A model generated the notes under the pieces. The model did no database searches, was not told the origin of the DNA, and worked only from the letters and a program-made list of their open reading frames with translations. From Verrucomicrobiota bacterium (lineage in GTDB: Bacteria; Verrucomicrobiota; Verrucomicrobiia; Limisphaerales; AAA164-E04), in NCBI GenBank assembly GCA_047947115.1, contig CP170459.1, positions 1,856,001 to 1,920,000 of the forward strand: 64,000 nt of DNA. Direction: 5' to 3'. Every line of letters begins with the position of its first letter. The stretch's first letter is position 1. Shown piece by piece: positions 40,301 through 49,800 of the stretch. Made by a program: the position numbers and the translations under genes.

Positions 40301-43300
40301 GAAATGGCGTTCATGAGGGAAGAAACCTGTTTAAACCTTGTCAAGCGGATGGTCCAGGAAGTGTCAGGGCTTTCCGAGTCCGCATTGACAGGAGAATTGA
40401 ATTGGTTGGAATTGGGCTTGGATTCTCTGATGATCGCTCGGCTCAGGGAACAGGCTTTGTCCGTCTTCCAGGTCGAAGTCGAAATGAGTGCGTTTTTTGA
40501 AGATGCCAGTACGCCTCGACGCTTGGCAGATTACTTGAAGTTACGAATGCCCGCGACTGCCAACAAGGAACCTTCGGTAGGTAGCCGGACGAATAGTAGT
40601 GGTTCCCTCGTCGGCGATGAAAATCGTTTCGAGCCTGGGGACGTTCCGGTCTCAAATGATCATTCAAAGATTAAGGACATTTTCGCCCAGCAACTCAAGA
40701 CTGTCCAGGATTTGATCGATCGCCAGCTTGACGTGTTAAGGCAGAGCGATACGTCTTCGGGAGGAGGGGCTGCCGCATTGCCTGACAGGGAAGCGCTTGA
40801 GCGGATGACTCGTTCCGCGAACGCTCGATCCATGGTGTTTGATAAGGATTCATTGACCACGGAACAGCAGGGCTTTCTGGAACGATTCATCCAGCGCTAC
40901 AACGCGAAAACCGCAAAATCGAAAACCTACACCCAGCAAAACCGACGAGTGTTCGTGGACTGGATCAATTCACTTGGCTTTCGCCGCACACTCAAGGAAC
41001 TGATTTATCCAATCGTTTCGGACGGATCGAAGGGGAGCAAAATCCGGGACATTGATGGGAATGAATACATTGATCTTGCTATTGGTTATGGGGTGAGTTT
41101 TTTTGGACATGGTTTTGAGCCGGTCGTCAACTCGGTCTGTGAACAAATGCAACGGGGTTATGATCTCGGGCCCCAGTCCAAAACGGCCGCGGATGTGGCA
41201 CGGCTCATTTCAAAGATTACGGGTGTCGAAAGGGTGGCCTTTGGTAATACCGGTTCCGAAGCCGTGATGATTGCCCTGCGACTGGCACGGACGGTGACGC
41301 AAAAGAATCACGTGGTCATGTTTGCCGGCTCGTATCATGGGATATCCGATGGCGCCCTTGCGCTACCCGCCCTAAATGGGAGAAGCGCGCCCTCGGCATT
41401 CGGCATTCCGCCCGAAATGGTGCATAACGTGACCGTGCTTCCATACGGAACGCAGGAAGCGATTGAGGCCATCGAATCGATGGCAGGGCAGCTGGCGGCC
41501 GTTTTGGTGGAGCCTGTTCAAAGTCGAAGACCTGGATTTCAGCCCCGAGAGTTCCTGCATCAAGTAAGAAAGATCACCGAAGAGAATGGAGTGATACTCA
41601 TCTTCGATGAAATGCTAACAGGTTTTCGAATTCAGCCGGATGGTGCACAGGGATATTTTGGAGTGCAAGCCGATCTGGTGACTTACGGCAAAGTGGTTGG
41701 CGGTGGATTTCCAATCGGAGTGGTCGCGGGCAAGGCCGAGGTCATGGATGCTGTTGACGGAGGTCCGTGGGAATATGGAGACGATTCCATACCAGACAAG
41801 GATGTCACTTTTTTTGCGGGCACCTTCTGCAAGCACCCTGTTACGATGGCCGCCGCCTACGCAGTGCTGAATCACATCGATACATTGGGGGCCGAACCAT
41901 ACATGGCTTTGCGTGAACGATCCCAAGCATTCGTGGATCGGCTCAATACTTTTTTTACAAGTGAGCGGCTCCCCTTCGAAGCGAATTGTTTTGGTCCGAT
42001 GTTTCGCTTGGAAGCTGCGGGACGATACCATCTGATGCTGCAGCCCCTGGAGTTGGATTTGCTATTCTACCTGCTCATGGAGAAGGGGGTCTATACTTGG
42101 GAAAGACGGATCTGCAGCTGGTCCTTTGCGCATACGCAAGCTGATTTTGAAGCGGTCTATCAGGCGATTGTCGATTCCGTCGCCGAGTTGCGTTCGGGAG
42201 GTTTCAAACTTGAAATTTCCTCCAAGGAGTCGGGGGCCACGCCAATGATTGATGGGACGGTTAATCCGTCGAACCAAAACCTCGCATTGACCTCGTTGCC
42301 AGCTTCCGCTGCCCAACGGCGCATTCACGCGCTGGATCATTTGGAGGATTCGGATTCCGAACCGCAGGCTTATCAGATGCAGGCTGGCTATTGGATTTCC
42401 GGAGAGATTGATTTCGAACGCATGGCTTGGGTGATCCAGGAAATTGGACGTCGGCACGAAGCCCTTAGAACGCGTTTTTATTTTGAGGACGGTCAATTGT
42501 GGCAGCGTATCGACGAGAGTGTTCCATTTCATTTGGAGAGAAAAGAGAGTGAAAGTCTTTCGCCTCAGGATTGGATTAACAAGTTTCGAGAGCGATTTCA
42601 TCTTGAGTCCGGCGGCCTGTTTCGAGCCTGGATCGTCGATTTCACGGAATCGAGAAACCAACACCTCCTGCTTTTGGGGAGCCACCATATCGTCATCGAC
42701 GGGATTTCATGGAATTTGATTGGCCAGGAATTTGCTGCGATTTACGCGGGGCAGTCACTGCCGTATCCGTCTCATCAGTACCAAGACTTTTGCATTCGGA
42801 TGAACGACCGCGCCGTCTCGGAGCAGGCTGAAAGGAGTCGTCAGTTTTGGGGGGAGCAATTTGCCGGTGAAGTGCCCGTCCTGGATTTGCCGACCGATTT
42901 TGTTCGCCCGCGTGAGAGGAGTTCCCAAGGCGGATCCGTTCATGTTACGGTGCCTGAGGAAACGGTCGCGAACCTGCGGGCCTTGGGGCGGAAGGAGGGA
43001 TTGTCAATGTTTATGATTCTCTTCGGTGGTTTCAATCTGTTGCTTCATCGATTGACCGGTCAGACGGATTTGGTGGTGGGGACGCCGGTGGGAGGACGTC
43101 CATCCATGGATTTCGATCGAACTGTCGGGATGTTTGCTAATACCTTGGCGATTCGAACCGGAGTGGATCCTGAAAACACGGTTCTCGGTTACTTGCGGCA
43201 TGTTAGGAGTGTGATGGCAAAGGCGGGGGATCACCAAGATTATCCGTTGGAACTACTATCCTCCGAATTGAATCTGGAGCGCGATCCCAGCCGGAGCGGT

Positions 43301-46300
43301 TTGGTGGATGCACTCCTGGTCTATGAACAGGGAGACGCACGCGTCTGGGAATTGGAGGGGTTGGAAGTCGAATCCTATCCAATACCGAAGATCGCAACCA
43401 TGTTTGATCTTGCTCTCGAAATCATCGAACAAAAAGGCAAGCTTGAGATCAATTTTGACTACAGCACGGCTTTGTTTGAAGCATCTACGATTGAGCGTTG
43501 GGCGGCCTACTACGTCAGGTTGCTGAGCGAACTCCCGGGATTTCTTGAGAGTTCACCGTCGGAGATAGATTTTCTATCCGACGATGAGCGAACGAAACAA
43601 TTGGAGCAGTGGTCCTGTGGGCCCAGGATGACCTTGGGACTTGAGGAGAGCATTCTAGAACGTTTGTCCGCTCACGCCTCGGCCACGCCGGATGCGATTG
43701 CGCTGGCTTGCGACCAGGAAACTTGGACCTATGAGATGCTTGAAAGGAAGTTGCACCTCATTGCCCTCAAATTGAACCGAACGGGAGTCGGTCAGGGGGA
43801 TCGTGTTATACTTTGCGGGAAACGGCGATCTTCCACTGTCGCCGGCATACTTGGCATAATGAGGGCCGGAGCGGCCTACGTTCCCCTAGACCTGGATCTT
43901 CCAAGCGAACGTCAGCGCAGGATGATCGAGGTCGCCAAACCCTCGGCAATTCTGGTTGATCCCAGCCTGGATATACGGTTCGATTACTTCGATGGCCCCG
44001 TGCTGACGATCGATTTCGAATCGGTGAGCGAGCATGATGATTCCAATGAATTGCCCCGCATTTCTGCGAACGACACTGCCTATATCATCTTCACATCAGG
44101 CTCAACAGGTGAACCCAAGGGCGTCGTCATCAATCACGGAAATCTCACATATTCGAATCAAGCGCGATGCGTTTACTATGGCGATCGTTTTGTCACAGGC
44201 ATGATTTCTGTTGCTTCGTTCGGCTTTGACATGGCCATCGCCTCGGTGTTTTGGCCTCTCTACGATGGAGGGATCCTGATTCTGCCAAGAGACGGAGGCC
44301 AAAGCGACGTCCATTACCTGTTGCAGCTAGTGAAGCGCTGGCGTCCGTCTCATTGGCTGAGTGTACCTTCGCTGTATGCATTGCTTTTGGGGGAAACGGA
44401 TCTGAATGCGAACTCAGGGCTCAAGACGGTTGTCGTCGCGGGGGAGATTTGCCCCATCGACCTGATCAAGCTCCACAATAAACGGTTGCCAGGAGTGCCT
44501 GTCCACAATGAGTTCGGCCCAGCGGAAGGAACGGTTTGGTGCAACGTGGAACGCGTGGACCACCTCGACTACGGCAAATTGCGCTCCGTTCCTATCGGTA
44601 AGCCGATCGCTGAAACACGGTGTTATTTGCTCAATCATCGGCAAGCCCTGATCCCTCAGGGGGCTGTAGGCGAGCTTTGCATTGCCGGACCGGGAGTTGC
44701 TCAAGGTTACTTAGACTTGCCGGAGATAACCAAACACCGGTTCCTGGAGAATCCCTATCACCAAGGAGTGTGGCAGCGCCTTTATCGAACTGGAGATCTG
44801 GCAAGGTATCGACCTGGTGGAAGTATCGAGTTTGTAGGGCGCATGGAGGGTGTTTTGAAGGTTGGTGGGAGGCGCGTGGAGATTTCCGAAATAGAACGAG
44901 TGATGCTTGCTGTCGAAGGCGTGGAGGAGGCCATTGTTATTCCCAAGACATCCGGCGACAACATCGATCAGGCGTCCTTGGTAGGCTTCGTCACATTACG
45001 AGACAACAACGGGTCGATGTGTCCGACCGAACAGGCCATGGACCTTTTACGAGAACGATTGGAACATTTCCTCCCGAATTACATGGTTCCATCCGAGCTT
45101 ATCGTGCTGGATACGATTCCCCGCAACCTTAACGGAAAAGCTGATCGCAAGCGGCTCGCCCAAATGGATTGTGCCAACGCGAAACCCACCTTGGCAACGG
45201 AGGCGAGATGGCATCCTTCGACTCCGAAGGAATTGGCTTTGGTAGAGGTTTGGCAAGACGTTTTGGGCGTTAAAGAGGTGGCCTCAACCGACAGTTTTAT
45301 CTCTCTCGGAGGGGACTCCATCAAGTCTATTCAAGTGGTCGCGCGATTGCAGAGCAAGGGATATCGATTGACGGCCTCCGAGCTGTTCCGAAAGCGTACC
45401 GTTCAGAAGGTGGCTGTTCAGATGGTGAGGCATTCCGATACCAACAGGGAGTGTTCTCCACTGGGTGATATTCGTTTGGGGCCGATCCATCAATGGTTTT
45501 TTGATTCTTTCCCCGAGCTCGAACAGCGTTGTTTTTGCCAAGCAACCGTTGTCCGGTTTGGATCAAAGGTCGTGTTGGAGCATGTTTCCCAGGCTTGGGG
45601 CGAAGTGATATGTCATCATGATGTTCTCCGCATGCATGTCCAACGGGATGCCGTGGGGCGGCCTGGTTTATACGTCCCGCCTTCTGTGAATCCTGAGGCT
45701 CCTTCCGTCGATTTATTTGAATTGGAGTCCGAGGCCGCTGTGGGCGAGGCGATCCCGGAACTGGCGCGTCGATTGCAGGCAAGCCTTGACCCCGCCAATA
45801 CCCCGCAAATCCGATTGGCACTTGTCCGCACCCCCAAGGAGGACCGCATGCTTGTCGTCATTCATCATATTGCCGTGGATATGATTTCATGGCCCATCCT
45901 GCTCGAAGATTTTGAATCGGCCTACATCGCCGTTTCGAAGAGTAAGCCCCTCGAATTGCCGCGGAAGACCGCATCGTTTGCGTCCTGGACTCAATTTCTT
46001 GGGGGATTGCTGGGAAGTGATTGGTTCAAGAAACAACTGCCCTATTGGCAATCGACATCAACGCCACCCCCCATCCCTAGAGAGGACCGAGCCCTCGATT
46101 CGTCATCAAAGGAAAGGAACCCGGAAGCTTTCCGTAGCGTTTCGGTTTCCTTAGACGCCGAGCGGACGCGTTCTTTCTTGGCCTTTCAAGGAGAAGATTC
46201 TCAGATCCGATCACACGAACTCCTGCTCGCTGCCTACATGCGAATCCTGTCCCGATGGACGGGGGAGGAAAGGGTGACAGTGAGTTTGGAAGGACATGGC

Positions 46301-46879
46301 CGCTCCCTGTCGGGAGGCATGGGGCCGGATATTTCAAGAACGGTCGGCTGGTTCACATGCATGTACCCGGTCGCGTCGTCGTTTCCGGCGCCAAGCGATA
46401 ACGATAGGCTGCGGCGGGATGCCATCATAGTCAGGAACGCGCTACGTTCCATTCCTGACGACGGAATCGGCTTTTTCCTGTGGCGTTGGTTTTCCGAGGA
46501 AGGACAGCAGATTGGTGAAAAGCTTGAGTCTTGGGCGACCTTCAATTATCTGGGGGAAACGGATCGTTTTCATACGGGTGGAACGGGACTATTGGCAGAC
46601 ATTACCGAATGCCCGCCTGGGCCGAACGGCATTCTTCCTGGTCGCCGCCCACAGGCATTGGAGTTGGTGGCTTCGGTCGAGAAGGGTGTTTTGACGTTGT
46701 CTCTCCTCTACGATCCCCTTCATTTTTCATTCGAAACAATAACGGAGCAAGCGGGAGCAATTAGGGAAGACTTGGATCAAATGATTTCGGATTTCGAACG
46801 CGAGGCTGACCTAAACATTGAAATACCGAAGCAGCACGCACCAGATCCCCTTATTCAGGAACTCTTAGAGGATGCTTAG
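37382..46879 (+). CDS. Hybrid PKS-NRPS: docking-KS-AT-ACP-aminotransferase-C-A-PCP-E
   Basis: DTACSSS/HGTGT/GHLE (KS); GQGSQ, GHSIG, HAIH (AT); LGLDSL; class III AMT FDE..TGFR and GKVVGGG; HHIVIDG; TSGSTGEPKG; GGDSI; E motifs HHIAVD, EGHGR, RTVGWFT and FNYLG. Confidence 0.96.
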   Translation: MSDVNILKKAYITLKETKSELARLRGERHEPIAIIGMACQFPGGVETLEDYWSLLERGGEGISDVPPDRWAKGDYYDTNEDAPGKMYTRRAGFLERDVYGFDAEFFGLTPKEARAMDPQHRLFIEGCWRAMEDAGLDVSQLKGSRTGVFAGISGMDYVAAHLHSGDLNLVDAYSVTGIAFSTLTGRVSYLFGFEGPSMAVDTACSSSLVSLHLAVQSLRRRECDLALVGGVNLILNPEIHVGFSKLKGLSRDGRCKTFSKDADGHGRGEGVGVIVLRRLSDAQDKLDAVRGIIRGTAVNQDGRSVGFTAPNGRSQERVIREALLDGLVSAEEVAYVEAHGTGTPLGDPIEMDALNRTYCSSVSGRGETPLVVGSVKANMGHLEAAAGIAGIIKSILMLERRRFVPQINISAPNPHIPWSEMPIRISDPAMNWQTHDEGATLLSAVSAFGFSGTNAHIILESARADSGDSLESESGLLDRDWEVVCLAAKSRKALASLSQRLSDQVESGSSEDASLKDLAFSSRHRRTMHRVRCAVAASTKTELIEGLRQRVGEIMKMESVAGELDSESRPQIAFLFTGQGSQYFRMGRELYEGVPVFRDAFERCDRWLRVHANLSVIELVYEDETESSLHRTANTQPVIFSIGYALSEMWRYWGIEPDAVLGHSIGEFVAACVAGVFSLEDALLMVATRGRLIQQLPEDGAMGVVVANAKAVAEVMESVSGCVTIAADNAPENTVISGDAAAVDQVLKHFKRRNIPARRLRISHAIHSPKMETILDAFEKAVAQVAFHPPRLPIHSNVTGCLIGDEIASVAYWREQIVKPVRFREAIQRLHASGCSVFLEIGGVSTLSSLGVQCLPGSKCTWLPSLGANSSMFNMLPNREEGHSDWKSVMTTLGALFTLGLDVHWAKVDEGRSFSFERLPGHPFFPVHFRVDAPVLAMPQQSGLVDSVRDGQVEHQTESKSDGGAAHSNPHNDEMAFMREETCLNLVKRMVQEVSGLSESALTGELNWLELGLDSLMIARLREQALSVFQVEVEMSAFFEDASTPRRLADYLKLRMPATANKEPSVGSRTNSSGSLVGDENRFEPGDVPVSNDHSKIKDIFAQQLKTVQDLIDRQLDVLRQSDTSSGGGAAALPDREALERMTRSANARSMVFDKDSLTTEQQGFLERFIQRYNAKTAKSKTYTQQNRRVFVDWINSLGFRRTLKELIYPIVSDGSKGSKIRDIDGNEYIDLAIGYGVSFFGHGFEPVVNSVCEQMQRGYDLGPQSKTAADVARLISKITGVERVAFGNTGSEAVMIALRLARTVTQKNHVVMFAGSYHGISDGALALPALNGRSAPSAFGIPPEMVHNVTVLPYGTQEAIEAIESMAGQLAAVLVEPVQSRRPGFQPREFLHQVRKITEENGVILIFDEMLTGFRIQPDGAQGYFGVQADLVTYGKVVGGGFPIGVVAGKAEVMDAVDGGPWEYGDDSIPDKDVTFFAGTFCKHPVTMAAAYAVLNHIDTLGAEPYMALRERSQAFVDRLNTFFTSERLPFEANCFGPMFRLEAAGRYHLMLQPLELDLLFYLLMEKGVYTWERRICSWSFAHTQADFEAVYQAIVDSVAELRSGGFKLEISSKESGATPMIDGTVNPSNQNLALTSLPASAAQRRIHALDHLEDSDSEPQAYQMQAGYWISGEIDFERMAWVIQEIGRRHEALRTRFYFEDGQLWQRIDESVPFHLERKESESLSPQDWINKFRERFHLESGGLFRAWIVDFTESRNQHLLLLGSHHIVIDGISWNLIGQEFAAIYAGQSLPYPSHQYQDFCIRMNDRAVSEQAERSRQFWGEQFAGEVPVLDLPTDFVRPRERSSQGGSVHVTVPEETVANLRALGRKEGLSMFMILFGGFNLLLHRLTGQTDLVVGTPVGGRPSMDFDRTVGMFANTLAIRTGVDPENTVLGYLRHVRSVMAKAGDHQDYPLELLSSELNLERDPSRSGLVDALLVYEQGDARVWELEGLEVESYPIPKIATMFDLALEIIEQKGKLEINFDYSTALFEASTIERWAAYYVRLLSELPGFLESSPSEIDFLSDDERTKQLEQWSCGPRMTLGLEESILERLSAHASATPDAIALACDQETWTYEMLERKLHLIALKLNRTGVGQGDRVILCGKRRSSTVAGILGIMRAGAAYVPLDLDLPSERQRRMIEVAKPSAILVDPSLDIRFDYFDGPVLTIDFESVSEHDDSNELPRISANDTAYIIFTSGSTGEPKGVVINHGNLTYSNQARCVYYGDRFVTGMISVASFGFDMAIASVFWPLYDGGILILPRDGGQSDVHYLLQLVKRWRPSHWLSVPSLYALLLGETDLNANSGLKTVVVAGEICPIDLIKLHNKRLPGVPVHNEFGPAEGTVWCNVERVDHLDYGKLRSVPIGKPIAETRCYLLNHRQALIPQGAVGELCIAGPGVAQGYLDLPEITKHRFLENPYHQGVWQRLYRTGDLARYRPGGSIEFVGRMEGVLKVGGRRVEISEIERVMLAVEGVEEAIVIPKTSGDNIDQASLVGFVTLRDNNGSMCPTEQAMDLLRERLEHFLPNYMVPSELIVLDTIPRNLNGKADRKRLAQMDCANAKPTLATEARWHPSTPKELALVEVWQDVLGVKEVASTDSFISLGGDSIKSIQVVARLQSKGYRLTASELFRKRTVQKVAVQMVRHSDTNRECSPLGDIRLGPIHQWFFDSFPELEQRCFCQATVVRFGSKVVLEHVSQAWGEVICHHDVLRMHVQRDAVGRPGLYVPPSVNPEAPSVDLFELESEAAVGEAIPELARRLQASLDPANTPQIRLALVRTPKEDRMLVVIHHIAVDMISWPILLEDFESAYIAVSKSKPLELPRKTASFASWTQFLGGLLGSDWFKKQLPYWQSTSTPPPIPREDRALDSSSKERNPEAFRSVSVSLDAERTRSFLAFQGEDSQIRSHELLLAAYMRILSRWTGEERVTVSLEGHGRSLSGGMGPDISRTVGWFTCMYPVASSFPAPSDNDRLRRDAIIVRNALRSIPDDGIGFFLWRWFSEEGQQIGEKLESWATFNYLGETDRFHTGGTGLLADITECPPGPNGILPGRRPQALELVASVEKGVLTLSLLYDPLHFSFETITEQAGAIREDLDQMISDFEREADLNIEIPKQHAPDPLIQELLEDA

Positions 46880-49800
46880 ACAAGAACAGATCGCGGAAAC
46901 TTACCCGCTGACTCCTTTGCAGGAGGGAATGCTTTTTCACGAGCGTGAAGGGACATCCGGGCAGGCTTATTTTGAACAGTTTGCCTTTACCTTTGAGGGC
47001 GAGCTGGATATCGATCTCTTTTTTTCCAGTTGGAATGAGGTGATTCGCCGACATCCGGTACTTCGGACGATATTTGCTTTCCAAAAAGCGGCGCGACCGA
47101 TGCAACTCGTCTTGAAAGAGTGGGAGGCCAAACCGGAAATCCTGGATTGGCGATCAATGGATTCCCATCGCGTCGATTCGGACTTGGAAACTTTGAAACG
47201 GGACGATCGTCAGCGCCCGTTCCAGCTCAACAAAGAACCCCCCACCCGGTGGACGCTTGTGATGCTGCCGGATCGGAAGATGGTGGTGCTTTGGAGTCAT
47301 CACCATATTATTCTCGATGGCTGGAGCGGAGGGGTTTTACTGAAAGAAGTCCTTGAGGTTTATCAGTCCAAACTTTTGGGGGAAGTCCAGGAATGGAAGG
47401 CTCCACCGAGTTTTAAATCTTTTGTTGAGTGGCTTGAGCAGACGGACTCTTCTGTGGGGTTGGAGCATTGGGATCGTGTCATGGCGACCATGGATGAGAT
47501 ACCTCAATTGCCTCGCGCGGTAGAGCGATCGGAGGACGGAACGTATGTCTTGGAAACGATCAAATTTGAACTTACGCGCGCGCACTCTCAAGCCTTGGAA
47601 CGGCTGGCGCTGGAGTGCGAGATGACCTTGGGGAGTCTGACACAGTTTTTATGGGGGATGGTGGCGGCTCGTTGCGCTGGCAATCTACATACGGCTTTCT
47701 TGACCATTGTTTCAGGCAGAAGTCCGACTTTCCCAGGAATTGAAGATTCCGTGGGCCTCTTTATCAACTCCGTACCTGTCGTTGTCGCAGCTGAGGCCGA
47801 GGATTCCCTGAAAGCATTTGTGGAGCGCAGCTACGATGCATGGCTCGACTCGGAGCAATACCATCACGTTTCGCTGTCTGAAGTTCAGGGAAGGTTGGGT
47901 AGGGGGAGGCATTTCGATCACCTATTTGTGTTTATCAATTATCCCATGGACAAGATGTTGGATGCGTTTCAGCAGAAGTCTTTGGGCTTTCGGCTTGTCA
48001 AAGTGGATGTTTTTGAACATTCGAATTATGATTTGGAAGTGATCGTGCACCCCGGCGATCGAATCCGTTTTGATTTCAAATATAATTCCCATGTTTATTC
48101 CAGCGAGATTGTGTCCGGTTTGGCCGAGGCCATGAGGATTCTTCTTGAACAGGCGGGTTCAAGTCCGAACCCCTTGGTGAGTGATTTGGAGTTAGTATCC
48201 GAGGAAACCCGTTTGCGTTTAATGAATTGGGGAAAGGTGCGTGCGCCGAAAGAGGGAGTCCCTTCCATCATACGGCGCTTTCATTCGACCGCGCTGCAAT
48301 TTCCCGATCGAATGGCGTTGATTTCCGAAGAGGGGAATGTGAGCTACCGCGCGTTGTGGGCGGCAGTCACTTCGTTGGCTGAGGAGATGAGGGAAAAGCA
48401 CGGCATAGGGCCAGGAGACCGGGTGGGAGTGTGCATGCATTCTGGGCGGGGTATGGTGCTGGGCATTCTGGCAGTGCTACATGCCGGAGGAGTTTATGTC
48501 CCCCTTGATCCGAACTATCCTTTGGAGCGCTTAAGATGGATGGTGGAAGACAGCCAAATGCGACTGTTGATTTTGGAGGATGAACTGCAAGCCCGTTTCG
48601 AGGTAATGGGAGTTCGTGCTTTTTTGATTCAGGTATTTCCGAATGCTCAGGGAGAAACCCTGGAGGAATCCGAACCGGGAATTGAAGTTGGGGACGATGA
48701 TCCTGCTTATGTGATTTACACATCCGGTTCTACGGGAAACCCGAAAGGATGCGTTGTTTCGCATGGTAATGTCGCCAAATTGTTCCAACATGAGGGGTTT
48801 CAGTTTGATTTCAACGAGAAGGATGTTTGGATACTTGCTCATTCATTCTGCTTCGATTTTTCAGTTTGGGAAATGTATGGTGCACTCCTTTTTGGTGGGG
48901 TTCTTGTATTGCCCCCTCAAGAAGCCAGGCGCAATCCTGTTCAAATGGTCCGCCTGGTGCGCGAGCATGGCGTATCCGTTCTGAACCAGACTCCGGGGGC
49001 CTTCCTTCAGTTTGTGCAAGCGCATTTCGATGAGCATGAATGTTTGTCCCTCGGGGCGCTTCGATGGGTTATCTTTGGTGGCGATCGTTTGGAGCCAAGC
49101 CGTTTGAAGTTGTGGATACGGCGTTACCCACTTGAGCGCGTGCGTTTGGTGAACATGTATGGGATCACTGAAACAACGGTTCATGTTACCTTCTACCGAT
49201 TGACTGAAACTGACGTGGAAGCCGGCTTAGGAGGGCGCAGTCCGATAGGGCTACCTCTTCCGCATATGGAAGCCTATCTTTGTGATCCATGTTTAAAACT
49301 TGTTCCGCCAGGGATTCCTGGCGAATTTTATATAGGGGGGAGCGGAGTCAGTCTTGGGTATCTGAACCGTCCTGAGTTAACCGAACACCGATTCCTTCAC
49401 AGTCCATTTCGCCACGGAGAGCGTGTTTACCGCACGGGTGACCTCGGAATTTGGCATCCCGATGGTCGGCTTGAATACATTGGCCGGAACGATACACAGG
49501 CCCAGATACGTGGTTTTCGTGTTGAGATGGGCGAGATCGAGGTCCGTGTGCAGCAATTGCCCGGAGTACGCGAAGCTGTTGCAATGCCGGTTTCAGTCGG
49601 TTCAGGTGAAGATGAAGCGATCGCTGCCTACCTTTTGTTGGAAGACGAGGTGAAACGTCGAGGCGAGTTTTCGTCGGAATTCGCCAGAAAATTCCTTGCC
49701 GAGAGAATTCCGACCTACATGGTTCCGAGCTTCTTCATCGTCCTGGATTCGTTCCCGTTGAATCACAATGGAAAAATCGATCGGCATGCGCTTCCTGATC

